A DNA stretch of 64,000 nt from Okamejei kenojei. Taxonomy: Eukaryota. The DNA is taken from positions 49,786,001 through 49,850,000 of the forward strand of contig CM069148.1 of NCBI GenBank assembly GCA_035221665.1, read 5' to 3'. Shown piece after piece: positions 1-14,189 of this stretch (positions are counted from its first letter, which is position 1; each line of letters opens with the position of its first letter). A program made the position numbers and the translations under genes. The notes beneath the pieces were generated by a model that saw nothing but the letters and a program-made list of their open reading frames with translations, made no database searches and had not been told where the DNA came from.

Positions 1-280
1 CGATTATGGGACGGAATGTTTAGGGGAAATGTGTAGGGGGAACTTCTTTAATCAGAAGGGGGGTGGTGGCTGTTGTGAATGAGTTCCAGCAGGAAGTGGG
101 GAGGCCAGGAATCGATTTTAAAACATTTAGAGTAAAGTGGATATGGTATATGGATGTGAAGAGAATGGAGGGGTTTATGGTTGAGTGCAGGTAGTTGGGA
201 CTAGGGGAAAACAAATGGTCGGACGGAATGGACAGGGCGAGAGGGCCTGTTTCCGTGCTGTAATTGTTTATATGGTTATA
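1..280 (+). mobile_element. CR1 LINE 3' end (family with TATGGT tail)
   Basis: Same 3' UTR and tail as copies at 26410, 28457 and 43662. Confidence 0.8.
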
Positions 281-2029
281 TTGTTATTGGTTACCAATTC
301 CTCGCCACCAGGCATCGATCCAGATCCAAATTGGCCCAACCTGGCCCACTTGGCCAATCTGCTTGCTTCTACGTCGATGTTTTGTAAACTGAAATAAAAA
401 TTTATAATATAAGTACATTGAAGAAATATATATTAAAATGGTTTAATTAAGATATACATTTTAAAATAATACATTTTTTTTTAAATGTGCATGTTCAATG
501 ATTCAGTGATTCTTTATTTTAACATGAATCAAGGTATGGTGAATTTTTTTTTGCATACAGATGAATACGATTATTTCCATACATAAAACAAATCCTAGAT
601 TGAGTACAGTAAAGTATGGAAACAGCCACTGAGTCCATATGCAAGAGTAACCTTGTTTTGCTCCATTTTTAGAGTCTCTGCATGCAGTTGGTCACAAAGG
701 CCTGTTGCAGCTGTCGCCTAGTATGGTCTTCCATCTCCTCGCCCGGATACGTTAATCTTTGTCCCATGCCAAACCTTGAGGACAGGGTTTTACAAGACTC
801 CTACAGTAATTGACCTTATGTGTGTACAAAAACCACAGCTCCAATATGGGCTCATACTTCACATAATCTCGTCTCTGTTTTTATCTCACCCATCCCCAGA
901 ACCTGGAAAAGGTGTTGTGGTTTGTGTCGAACCGGTGCAGGACTGAGGGCCTTGAAGCTTACATGGGAGTTTGAAACAGTCTAGGGACTTCATTCCTTGG
1001 AGATTGAAGAATGACTTATAGAGGGTCTAAATCATGAGGGGTTAGAATACAACAGAATCAGAAGTAGGGGGAATTATGAAATAGGGGACAGGGGATTAAG
1101 AGTGGGGTAAGAAGCTGAAGGGCAACTCTTTCACACAACAGGGTTAGGGGGGATATGGGGACAAGCTGCCAGAGGAGTTTGTTTAGCAGTGTACCCATAA
1201 CAAAATTTAAAAGATAAGGTATTATGGACAGGAAGTGTTTTGACGGATATGGACCCCAAATAATCCGCAGGCAAAAGGGACAAGCTTCGAGGTGGGTCTT
1301 GGACATGGACAAGTTGGGCTGAAGGGCTTGTTTCTGTGTTGTTGAGGCGTCTATGTTTGACACCTTACTTTGTAGCTATTATGTCCATCTTGATTCACGG
1401 ACGTTCCAACCAGCGAACTAATCGCAACAGCTATCCGTGTCAGGAACCCAAGAATCTTAAATTAGTGCAGTACAGTGTCAGGCGCTCTGTGGCCACAATA
1501 TCCGTGTGCCCATTAGTATAGAACAGCACAGGATCAAGCCTGCGGCTGCAATCTGGTGCTGTCCATTATACATAGATACGACAGCAGAGAAACAGGCCTT
1601 AACCACTCTTCTCCCCTCTCCTTCTTCTCTCCCCCTGCTCCTCTCTCATCCCTTTTCCCCCCTCCCATTTCTCCCCCCTCTCCCCCGCTCCAGCTCTCCT
1701 CACCGTCCCCCTCTCTCCCCCCTCTCCCCCCTCTGGTGGGCAGGGAAAGGCTGTGTCTCACGACAGAGCGCAGCCTGCCTGGGGAGAGGAGAGAGAGAGA
1801 GAGATGCACCCCTATCCCAGGCAGGGAAGAGAATCGGAGACAGAAGCCGGTCTCTTTCCCCAAACAGAGACCTCAGCCCAGATCAGAGAGTCTCTCCAGA
1901 GTGGAGAACAAGGACCTCTTTTCCTAGGCAGAGGGAGATCCCACACAGAGAGAGAAAATCTCAGACAGTGAGATAGAGAATCTATATCCATAGCAAAGAT
2001 CCCAGGCAAAGGGACATCAGGCAAAGAGA

Positions 2030-2300
2030 TCCCAGACAGATCACAGACAGAGATAACAGTACAGAGAACAGAGATCACAAAGAAGAGAATAGAGATCACA
2101 GAGACAGACAAAAATCTCAGATCCTAGAATACAGACAGAGATCACACACACACATAGTTCACCGCCAGAAACACAGAGACCACAAAGAACAGAGACACCC
2201 AGAGACAGAGAGATCACAGAGAAAACACAGAGGCACACAAGACAGAAGAAACATCACAGAGATCACAGAGATCACAGACAGAGTGGTCGAAGACAGATCG
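2030..2300. repeat. Low-complexity CAGAGATCA-like repeat
   Basis: Many degenerate acagagatc units. Confidence 0.8.
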
Positions 2301-2474
2301 CAGAGTGGTGAGCACATATAGATTCTTCCAGATGTCTGTGAAAGGTCTTGACCCAAAACGTCACTCATTCCTCGTAATCCAGAGATGCTGCCTGCCCCAA
2401 CTGAGTTACTCCAGCATTTTGTGAACTGGATCCCAGATATCAGACTACTACAGAGATTGCAGAGGGAAAGAGAT

Positions 2475-2775
2475 TTTAGTTTAGTTTAGTTCAGAGATAG
2501 GGTGCAGAAACAGGCCCTTCGGCCCGCAGAGTCCATGCCGACCGGCAATCCCCGCACACTAACAGTAGGGACAACTTACTTTTTTTTTAACCAAAGCCAA
2601 TTAACCTACAAACCTGTATGTCTTTGGAGCTTGCGGGGAAACCGGGGATCCCTGATAAAACCCACATGGTCACAGGGAGAAAGTACAAACTCCATGCAGA
2701 CTGCACCCGTAGTCAGGATGGAACCCGGGTCTGTGGCACTGTAAGGCAGCAACTCTACCGCTGCGCCACCGTGCC
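2475..2775 (-). mobile_element. HE1-type tRNA-derived SINE
   Basis: Minus-strand A box TGGCGCAGCGG and B box GGTTCCATCC, CR1-like 3' tail with (CTAAA)n. Confidence 0.85.
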
Positions 2776-4469
2776 AGAGAGAGCAGTCGGACAGAGAGTT
2801 AACAAATGAGAGTTTTTTGTCAACAGAAGCCGACATTGGGGAGAGCACTTGGTAGCAGACTACCTCCCGCCTGGGACAATCTCCGCAAACTCAAATTACA
2901 TCGAGTGTTTATACTCCTAATAACAGATAATGTAGAAAATGTCGAACTGGCGATTGAATTGTTGTGATAACTGAACATTTGTCAACTAGTTTGTCAATTG
3001 ATTGGGAGATGCAGCATGGAAACAGGCCCAGAGCTAGTCCGGACCGGACCGGGGCCGGGCCTCTGACGCTGTGACAGCAGCTTTACCATTTGTGTCACTG
3101 TGCCAGCCTGACATCTGTGGGCAACTTTGTGGTTCACAGTGGCAACGGACATTTTAAAAGGTTTTATAATGGGGGCATAATGTAGAAAGCTGGTGTAGGA
3201 TGGAACTGCAGATGCTGATTTAAGCTAAAAACTGAGCTGTGCTGGCACGAAGGGCCGAATTGTCTACTGCACCTATTGTCTATAGGGGGGGTTGCACGCA
3301 AGGTCATCGGGTCAAAGGGAGTGCCACACGGAGCAGCTCAATCCATGTGGAGGACATGGCAGCTTCTGGCACACACTGTTAACTCACGGAACGCGCACCT
3401 TCTTCCCTGTTAAAAACGCTGAAATTGACATGTTTTGCGCAATAGATGTTTGTGGGTGCCGTCATTGAAAGCGGGAAGGTATCAGTATCTTTGCTCTAAA
3501 CCCGAGCACCAAGGTGTAAGCGGCCGAAGGAGCGCATCCCTCTGGACAGCCCCCACTCTCACCCCGGGGTCTACGCTGTCCGGCCACGGCCGCCCTCCGT
3601 TCCGTCTCCCTCTGTGGGCCGCACTGTCAGGGAATGTGGGTCGGCAGCGTCCACACACGGGGCCGGTGGGAGCGGGTCTGCGGCTCTAGGCAATGTCAGC
3701 TGCAGCAGAGTTGGGGACGGTCTGCTCCCTCCGCCCACCCAGAGTCACTGACTCCACTGCACCGACAAACGATCTTGTCTCCTACTGCATGTCAAATAAG
3801 TCACAAGTAAATCACAAAGTGCTGGAGGAACTTAGCAGGTCAGGCAGCATCCATGGAGGAAATGGACACATGATGTTTTCATGAGTCTGAAGAAGGGTCC
3901 TGACCTGAAACGTCATTCCCTCCAAATACTGCCAGACCCAAAGAGTGAGGTCCTCCAGTACTTTGTGTTTTGTTCAGATTCCATATTTGATGTCGAATAT
4001 TGCCCATCATAGTTATCTAATCCTCAGAAAGAGCACAAAACAATAAACATATTAACAAAATAAGTTTAACCAATATTCAGCCATTTTTCAATATGGAATA
4101 GGTTATTTCAAGTAATTATGCGCAACATAAATAGCTTTAAAATCATTTAGGTCAAGATACGTAAGAAAGGAACTAAAATAATACTCTAGGAATGCAGTTA
4201 TTTAATAGCAAATATTTTAATGAAGAAAATTATCTTTACAGAAAATATTCAAAATCACCTACACAACAGAAACATTTAAATCCTCAAATATTTTAGTATA
4301 ATGGAAACATTAAGGAAATATTTTGGGAAGACTGGGATAAAACAATGATTTTGAAAATATATTGAGATTGCATCTGAAATGTTTTTTTATTTTATTTATT
4401 TATTTATTTTTTAATAAATATTTTTATTATAGAAACAAAATAATAACAAAGTACATTATTTTGCAATGA

Positions 4470-4870
4470 TGAAAATACATGATATTAATGATATATTCGT
4501 AGTTAATAATATTTGTATTATCATTGATTATAAATTTTAAGACTATATATTTTATATAATTGAAAATACTTGGTACTAGTAATACATTCATAATATTAGT
4601 GATATATTCGTACTGTTGATAATATTTGTATTGTCATTGATTTTGAAATGTAAGACCATATTTTATATAATTGAAAATACATAATACTAGTAACACCTTC
4701 ATGATATTAATTATATTTTCATACTGTTAATAATATTTGTATTATCATTGATTTTAAAAATGTTAATTATATATTTTATATAATTGAAATACATGATACT
4801 AATAATACTTTCATGATATTAGTAATATTTATATTCGTATTGATATTAAAAATTTAAGATTATGTGTTTC
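4470..4870. repeat. AT-rich ~111-bp tandem repeat (~3.5 copies) in the L1 3' UTR
   Basis: Repeated tgaaaatac...taatatttgtattatcattgatt units. Confidence 0.85.
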
Positions 4871-5134
4871 TATACATTTTTCTAATTTTTTATAAAAGTA
4901 TGAAAAAAATAGAGAAAAAGAGTGTGAAAAGTTTGATGGAGAATGGAGTATTAATCATTAATCCGTCCTTGGAGATATATTCATGATTATTATATATATT
5001 TCTTCATCCATTCAAATATTCAGGTCTCAGTCAAGCCCTCGTGCCGAACCATCATGACCCTGTAAATATTTAATATATGGAGACCAAATATTTCTGAAGA
5101 GATCTAACCTGTCCATTAGGACAAGCCTCAATCT

Positions 5135-8100
5135 GTGTGTCCAGCTGCAGCTCCTGGCAGACCGCATTGAACGATTGGAACTGCGGCTGGATTCATACTG
5201 GAGCATCCACGATGCGGAGAAAGTCGTGGATAGCACGTACAGTGAGTTGGTCACACCGCAGGCAAAAGGTAGGAGGACAAGAAGGGAACGGGTGGCCAAT
5301 AGCCAGCAAAGGCAGTAGGCCGGTAGTGCAGGAGTCCCCTGCGGTCATCTCCCTCCTAAACAGGTATACCATTTTGGATACTGTTGAGGGAGATGGCTCA
5401 TCAGGGGAATGCAGCAGCAGCCAGGTTCATGGCACCATGGGTGGCTCTGCAGCACATGAGGGGGGAAAAAAAAGAGGGGAAGGGCAATAGTAATAGGGAT
5501 TCAATTGTCAGGGGAATAGATAGGCGTTTCTGCGGCCGCAAACGAGACTCCAGGATGGTATGTTGCCTCCCTGGTGCAAAGGTCAGGATGTCACTGAACG
5601 GCTGCAGAACATTCTGGAGGGGGAGGGTGAACAGCCAGTTGTCGTGGTGCATGTTGGCACCAACGATATAGGTAAAAAAAAGGGATGAGGTCCTACAAGG
5701 TGAATTTAGGGAGCTAGGAGATAAACTTAAAAGTAGGACCTCAAAGTGTAGTAATCTCCGGATTACTACCAGTACCACGGGCCAGTCAGAGTAGAAATAG
5801 GAGGATAATGCAAATGAATACGTGGCTTGAAAAGTGGTGCAAGGGGGAGGGATTCAAATTTTTAGGGCACTGGGACCAGTTCTGGGGGAGGTGGGACCGG
5901 GTACAAAACAGGACGGTTTGCACCTGGAATGGAATGGAACCAATGTTCTTGGGGGAGTGTTTGCTAGTGCTGTTGGGGAGGATTTAAAACTAATGTGGCA
6001 GGGGGATGGGTTACAAGAGCAGAGAGGCAGGAGGGTGTAAAATGAGGAGAAGCATTAGGTAGCAAGGTGAAAAGGTAAAAGTGGCAGGCAGACAAAACCA
6101 GGGCAAAAATCAAAAAGGGCCACTTTTCAGCAAATTGTATAAGGGGTAAATGCGTTGTAAAGACAAGCCTGAAGGCTTTGTGTCTCAATGCAAGGAGGTA
6201 TTCGTAATAAGGTGGACACGAGTTGAACGTGCAGATAGATATTAATGATTATGATATAGTTGGGATCACGGAGACATGGCTCCAGGGTGACGTAGGCTGG
6301 GAGCTGAACAATCCAGGGATATTCAATATTCAGGAGGGATAGAGAAAAGGAAAAGGAGGTGGGGGTAGCGTTGCTGGTTAGAGAGGAGATTAAAGCAATG
6401 GAAAGGAAGGACATTAGCTTGGAGGATGTGGAATCGGTATGGGTAGAGCTACAAAAACACTAAGGGGCAGAAAACGCTGGTGGGTGTTGTGTACAGGCCA
6501 CCTAACAGTAGCAGAGAAGTTGGGGATGGTATCAAACAGGAAATTAGAAATGCGTGCGACAAAGGCAAAACAGTTATAATGGGTGACTTCAATCTACATA
6601 TAGATTGGGTTAATCAAATTGGCAGGGGTGCTGAGGAAGAGGATTTTTTGGAATGTATGCGGGATAGTTATCTAAATCAACATGTACAGGAACCAACGAG
6701 AGAGCAGGCTAATTTTTAGACTGGGTTTTGAGTAATGAGGAAGGGGTAATTAGCCGTCTTGTTGTACGTGCCCCATTGGGCAAGAGTGACCATATATGGT
6801 TGAGTTCTTTCATTAGGATGGAGAGATGACATTGTTAATTCAGAAAACAATGGTTCTGAACTTAAAGAAAGGTAACTTTGAGGGTATGAGACGTGAATTG
6901 GCCAAGATTGACTGGCAATTAATTCTAAAAGGGTTGACGGTGGATAAACAATGGAAGACATTTAAAGACTGCATGGATGAACTACAAAAATTGTTCATCC
7001 CAGTTTGGCAAAAGAATAAATCGGGGAAGGTAGTGCATCCGTGGATAACAAGGGAAATCAGGGATAGTATCAAAGCAAAGGATGATGCGTACAAAGTAGC
7101 CAGAAAAAAAGCAGCATACCAGAGGACTGGGAGAAATTCAGAGACCAGCAGAGGAGGACAAAGGGCTTAATTAGGAAAGGAAAAATAGATTATGAAAAGG
7201 AAAACTGGCAGGGAACATAAAAACTGACTGCAAAAGTTTTTATAGATAATGTGAAGAGAAAGAGGTTAGTTAAAACAAATGTAGGTCCCTTGCAGTCAGA
7301 AACAGGTGAGTTGATCATGGGAACAAGGATATGGCGGACCAATTGAATAACTACTTTGGTTCCGTCTTCACTAAGGAAGACATAAATAATCTGCCTGAAA
7401 TAGCAGGGGACTGTGGGTCAAAGGAGGAATTGAGTGAAATCCAGGTCAGTCGGGAAGTGGTGTTGGGTAAATTGAATAGATTAAAGGCCGATAAATCCCC
7501 AGGCCAGATAGGCTGCATCCCAGAGTACTTAAGGAAGTAGCTCAGGAAATAGTGGATGCATTAGTGATAATCTTTTCAAAACTCTTTAGATTCTGGAGTA
7601 GTTCCTGAGGATTGGCGGGTGGCAAATGTAACCCCTCTTTTTTAAGAAGGGAGGGAGAGAGAAAACGGGGAATTACAGACCAGTTAGTCTAACATCGGTA
7701 GTGGGGAAACTGCTAGAGTCAGTTATTAAAGATGGGATAGCAGCACCATTTGGAAAGTGGTGAAATCATTGGACAAAGTCAGCATGGATTTACAAAAGGA
7801 AATCATGTCTGACGAATCTTGTGGAATTTTTCGAGATGTAACTAGTAGCGTGGATAAGGGAGAACCAGTGGATGTGGTATATCTGGACTTCCAGAAGGCT
7901 TTCGACAAGGTCCCACATAAGAGATTTAGTATACAAACTTAAAGCATACGGTATTAGGGGTTCAGTATTGATGTGGATAGAGAACTGGCTGGCAAACAGG
8001 AAGCAAAGAGTAGGAGTAAACGGGTCCTTTTCACAATGGCAGGCAGTAACTAGTGGGGTACCGCAGGGCTCAGTGCTGGGACCCCAGCTATTTACAATAT

Positions 8101-9089
8101 ATTAATGATCTGGATGAGGGAATTGAAGGCAATATCTCCAAGTTTGCGGATGACACTAAGCTGGGGGGCAGTGTTCGCTGTGAGGAGGATGCTAGGAGAC
8201 TGCAAGGTGACTTGGATAGTGCTGGGTGAGTGGGCAAATGTTTGGCAGATGCAGTATAATGTGGATAAATGTGAGGTTTATCCACTTGGTGGCAAAAAAC
8301 AGGAATGCAGACTATTATTTAAATGGTGGCCGATTAGGAAAAGGGGAGATGCAGCGAGGACCTGGGTGTCATGGTACACCAGTCATTGAAAGTAGCATGC
8401 AGGTGCAGCAGGGCAGTGAAAAAAAGCGAATGGTATGTTAGCTTTCATAGCAAAAGGATTTGAGTACAGGAGCAGGGAGGGTTCTACTTCAGTTGTACAG
8501 GGTCTTGGTGAGACCACACCTGGAGTATTGCGTGCAGTTTTGGTCTCCAAATCTGAGGAAGGGACATTATTGCCATAGAGGGAGTGCAGAGAAGGTTCAC
8601 CAGACTGATTTCCTGGGATGTCAGGACTGTCTTATGAAGAAAAGACTGGATAGACCATCGGTTTATACTCTCTGGAATTTAGGAGATTAAGAGGGGATCT
8701 TATAGAAACTTACAAAATTCTTAAGGGGTTGGACAGGCTAGATGCAGGAAGATTGTTCCCGATGTTGGGGAAGTCCAGGACAAGGGGTCACAGCTTAAGG
8801 ATAAGGGGGAAAATCCTTTAAGACTGAGATGAGAAAGACTTTCTTCACACAGAGAGTGGTGAGTCTCTGGAACTCTCTGCCACAGAGGGTAGTTGAGGCC
8901 AGTTCATTGGCTATATTTAAGAGTGAGTTGGATGTGGCCCTTGTGGCTAAGGGGATCAGAGGGTATGGAGAGAAGGCAGGTACGGGATACTGAGTTGGAT
9001 GATCAGCCATGATCATATTGAATGGCGGTGCAGGCTCGAAGGGCTGAATGGCCTACTCCTGCACCTAATTTCTATGTTTCTATGTTTCT
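5135..9089 (+). mobile_element. CR1 LINE, near full length (ORF1 esterase, APE, RT), frameshifted
   Basis: DSIVRG and DGLHL esterase-like motifs, [24 protein letters not shown] and [12 protein letters not shown], (TTTCTATG)n tail, ATCT duplicated at the junctions. Confidence 0.93.
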
Positions 9090-12000
9090 ATCTCTCCAGA
9101 TGAAGTGTCTCCGACATTTCTGTGTTCCACATTTTGATTGTTGGGGATGTAGGGCCTTTCCAAAATTTTAGTATTAATTTTTTCCCAATTATTAAACCAT
9201 AGTCGATAAAAATTCTTTGGTTCATTGTTATTAGTTGGTCTGCTTCTAGTATTCCAAGTATTATTAACTTTGGATCAGGAGTCAAAGTTATATTGACAAC
9301 GTTCGAAATTATCTTAAATATTTCATTCCAGTATTTTGCAATTTTTATACAGTTAGTGAATGAATGAATGATAAATTTGCTTCTGAGTTTTGACATTTAT
9401 CACATATAGGGGATACTTTTGGAAAGATGTTATGTAATTTAGATTTGGAATAATGTAATCTATGTAGTATTTTAAACTGTATAAGAGAATGTTTAGCATT
9501 TAACGAGCAATGATGTATATGTTGTAAACTTTCATCCCATATTTTCTGGCCTTATAATTTGGCCTAATTCATTTTCCCAAGACTGTCTATATATTTCTGT
9601 TGATGGAACATCACTTTCCAATAGAATATTGTATATATATATCATTTTTTCCGTATTTGGATGTTTATTCAAGCATTCATACTAAAAATTTCTGTCTTTC
9701 TATTTCTAAGTTCTTGTGTATTTGCAGAAACATAATTTTCTGATTTGTAAATATCTAAAATATTCTTTATTGTGTAGTCCATAAGTTTGTTGTAATTCTT
9801 GAAATGAAAGGAAAGAGGTTTTCCTTATAAAGATCACCCATCTTAGTAATTCCCTTATTTTTCCATTGTAAAAAAGCCTTATCCATCATTGAAGGTTTGA
9901 AACGTATAACATTATTGGCGATGGTAAGACATAATGGTATAGATTTTAGTTTTAATGTTTTCTTTATTTGTTTCCAGATGCGGATTCCGTTTTCTATTAT
10001 CGGATTTTCACTATAAATTTTCTTAGCTAAGTTAGTGTTAGCAAATATTATAGAGCTAATTTCAAATGGAGAACAATCTTCTTTTTCCATATTTAACCAA
10101 TTTGGTTTATTATCTATTTCTTCTAGCCAAAAATTCATATTTTTAATATTGACTGCCCAGTAATAAAACATAAAATTTGGTAGTGCTAATCCTCCATTTA
10201 TTTTGGGTTTACATAAGTGTTTTTTATTTATTCTATGGCTCTTATAATCCCAGATAAAGTTAGTAATTAGAGAATCTACCTTTTTGAAAAAAATTTTTAG
10301 GGAGATACATCGGAATTAATTGAAATAGATATAGTAATTGTGGGAGAAAGATCATTTTTATTGCATTAATTTTACCTAACATTGAAATAGGTAAGCTTTT
10401 CCAGTATAAAATATTCTTATTTAATTTATTCAATAATGGGGGGGAAGTTAAATTTAAATAGAGTCGAATCTTTTTGTAACGAAAATCCCAAGATATTTAA
10501 TATTTTCGTTTGTTATCTTAAAAGGGAATTGTTGTAATATATGTAAGTTATTCACCGTTATTGGCATGAGTTCACTTTTATTCCAATTAATACTGTATCC
10601 TGAGAAAGATCCGAATTCCGTTATTAGTTTTAACAAATTTCGGATACTTGTTTCTGGTTCAGTGATATAAAGTAATACATCATCCGCATATAAGGAGATT
10701 TTATTTTTAGTGTCTCTAGTATCATATCCATGTATTTCCGGATGTAATCTCACCCTCTGGGCGAGAGGTTCTATTGCGAGTGCAAACAATAAAGGTGATA
10801 AAGGGCAACTTTGTCTACAACCTCGAGATAAACTGAATTTAGTTGATAACATTCGGTTTGTTGTTATTCTAGCTGTCGGATTTGTATATAACAATTTAAT
10901 CCAAGTAGTAAACTTCTCTCCCAATTTGAAAGCTTCCATAACCGAAAATAGGTAAGGCCATTCCACTTGATCAAAAGCTTTTTCTGCGTCAAGCGAAATG
11001 ACTACTAAGTCTTTTTTATTACTTCTTTTCGAATATATAATATTGAATAACCGTCTTAGATTGTATGAGGAATATCTTTTTGGTATAAATCCTGTTTGAT
11101 CGGGATGGATTAATTCGTTCACAACTGAACTTAGCCTTTGTGCTAGTATTTTTGTTAATATCTTTTGATCAGTATTTAATAGAGCTATTGCTCTAAATGA
11201 TCCTGGTTCATCCAAGTCTTTATTTATTTTAGGTATAAGTGTTATAATAGATTCATTCAACGTTTCTGGTAATTTCTGCTGTGTGTATATCTGTTCATAT
11301 AATGATTTCAAACGTGGAACCATATGATCTGAAATGTTTTTTAAATGTATTTCAACTTTTAAGCATTTACAGGTTACATCATTAATACTCGGGATGATAA
11401 CAAAACACAAAGTGCTGGAGGAACTCAGCAGGTCAGGCAGCATCTCTGGAGGGAATGGAGAGATAATGTTTCTGGTCACGGTCCTTCTTCAGATCAGTAA
11501 TTCTGATTACCAGAAATATTAGATTCATACAGCACATAAACCGGCCCTTCATCCAAACATGCCCATGCTGACCAAGAAGCTCACATTGGGCCCATATCCT
11601 TCTAAACTTTTCCTATCCAAATGTCTTTTAAATGTTGTTAATGTATCTGTCTCAACTAGCTCATCCGGCAGCTCGTTCCATACACCCAGCTGTGTGATAC
11701 AGCTGCCCCTCAGTTACCTTTTAAATCTTTCCCCTATCACCTTAAACCTGTATCCGCTGGTTCTAGATTCCCCTACCCTGGTAAAAAAAGTTGACTGTTT
11801 TTTGTCAATGGCATTTGAACATAATGTTAAAGAAATTGAATGGAATGCAATGGGAAGAATTGTGACAGTGAGATGAGGGAGAATTTTACATGAAATGTCT
11901 GGTCTTTTGTGGCCTTAATTTTATAGGATGGAGTATCTCCACCTTATAGTTATCATCAGTAAATGTATATCCAACATTATATCAAATATTGGAGGGCATA

Positions 12001-12419
12001 GCTTTAAGGTTGGAAGCACAATAGTTTAAAGGAGGTGTAGGGCAGGTTTTTCTGCATGGGAGGAGGGTGCCTGGAATATGCTGCCAGGAGTGGCAGTGGC
12101 GGCAGATACCATAGTGGCATTTAAGAGGCTTTTAGATTGGCACATAGATATACTGGGAACGGAAGGATATGGAGCACATGCAGGTAGAGATTAGTTAAGT
12201 CTTCACAGACTTTGTGGGCTGTGGGGCCTGTACCTATGCTGTACTCTGTTCTATGTACATTATATGCTATGGGTTAGATATTCCGTTGGAAGCTCCTAAA
12301 TGCTCCTGTCAAAGACCAGTCATGATCTTGCCAATATCAAATTGCTCTGAATTAAATTATGCTGTGTATTGGCAGTAATTGGAAGCAACAGATGTATATA
12401 TCATGTGCATCTTCCCGAT

Positions 12420-13800
12420 CTATTCCTCTCATGATTTTGTATACCTCTATAAGATCACCCCTCATTCGCCATGGAAGAGAGACAACAGCCTCTCCCTATA
12501 GCTCACATCATCTAGTCCTGGCAACATTCTCGTAAATCTTTTCTGTATCATTTTCAGCTTGGCAACATCATTCATATAACATTTTGCCCAGAACAAAAAA
12601 CAATGCTCAAAATGCGGCCTCACCAACGTCTTATACAACTGCAATATGACCTCCAAACTGCAACTGACTGATGAAGGCCAAATTACCAAAAGCCTTTTTG
12701 ACCACCTTATCTACCTGCGACTTCACCTTCAAGGAACCATGCACTTGTGCTCCTAGATCGATCTGCTCTGCAACACTATCCAGAGGCCTACCCTTGTTCG
12801 TCACCTCACCTCACACTTCTCTGTCTTAAATTTCAACAACCATTCCTCCGCCCACCTTGCCAATCGTTCCAGATCCCGTTGCAATTGTTCACAACCATCT
12901 TCACTATCTGCAAAACCACTAACTTTTATATCATTAGCAAACATGCTAATCTTACCGTGTATGTTCTCATCCAAATCATTAATATAGATGACACACAGTA
13001 ACGGGCCCAGCACCAAACTCTGTGGCACACCACTAGTCACAGGCTTCCATTCTGAGAAGCAACCTTCCACCATCACCCTCTGCTTCCTTCCATGGAGCCA
13101 ATTTGCTATCCATTCAGCTATCTCTCCTTGGGTCCCATGAGACCTAAGCTTCTGGAGCAACCTATCATGTGGCTCACGTCTTCAAAAAAATCAGATTTGT
13201 GAGACAAGACCTCCCACGTACAAAACCGTGCTGACTATCCCTAATCAGCCCTTGCCCATCCGAATGCCTGCATATCCTATCCTTCAGAATACTGTCCAGT
13301 AACTTACCAACTGCAGATGTTGAGCTACAGTTCCCAGCATTTTCCCTGCAGCCCGTCTTGAAGAGGGACACTATTTGCCACACTCCATCCTCAAGCACCT
13401 CTCCTGTATTTATGAACAATACATAAATTACAAACCAGGGCTCCCGCAATGTCCTCGGATATATCTGACCAGGCCCCGGAGGTTTGTCTACCTTCAAATA
13501 CGGCAGTACCTTCAGTACTTTCTCGGCGATAACCCTGACTGCTCTCATGACACTTCCAGTGACTGCTGTCCATTTCTTCTGTCCTACTGTCTTTCTCCTT
13601 GGTTAATACGGAGGAGAAATACTCATTGAGCACCCTGCCCATCTCCTGTGGCTCCACACAGAGGTGACCTCTTTTATTCCTGAGAGGTCCCACTCTCTTT
13701 AGTTACCCTTTTCCCCCTTATGTATTTATAAAATCTTTTGGGATTGTCTTTTATGCTGCTGGCCAGAGCTATCTCCTGGCCCCTTTTTCCCCTTCTGGTC
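12420..13800 (-). mobile_element. Older degenerate CR1 ORF2 fragment
   Basis: [14 protein letters not shown] and SGVPQS motifs in broken ORFs. Confidence 0.85.
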
Positions 13801-14189
13801 TCCTTTTGTTAGTTTGCTCCTTAGTTCCTGAAACTGCTACAGTGATTGGTTCTCCAACTCCTCCAAGGCTCACAGCTTATAGCGAGATTTAAAAGTTAGC
13901 TTTACATATTGGTACAAAATCCCTCTGGAAATAGTCAGCAGACCAGGCAGCATCTGTGGAGAGAGAAACAGAGTCAATGTCCCTTCAACAAAACTCAAGA
14001 ACGTTCACATCTCGTGCTGCTGTGTTAGTTACTCTAACACACCTACATTTTCCTGATCTCCTTGCCTTGCATCAAACTGCAAGGTCATTGTGATTAACAG
14101 CCTGAATTATGCACATTACCTACAGGGACAGATTGAACAAACTTGAATTGTTTTCTCTGGAACGACAGAGATTGAGGGGAAACCTGATA

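Larger units (their letters stand above)
4382..11326 (-). mobile_element. 5'-truncated L1-clade LINE (ORF2 RT to C-terminus, A-rich tail), interrupted by a CR1
   Basis: RT motifs SLDAEKAFD and LYADD (ORF 10454-11479). 16-bp TSD ATCTGAAATGTTTTTT at 4372-4387 and 11327-11342. ORF2 C-terminus rejoins across the CR1 as HLER|LRLVLMD. Confidence 0.92.

Noticed and set aside
1506-2368. Several overlapping ORFs
   Set aside because: They arise from low-complexity pyrimidine and purine tracts and show no domain signal.
14043-14101. Possible small 3' UTR exon (cag|...|gtgtgt on the minus strand)
   Set aside because: Poor polypyrimidine tract and no independent support.
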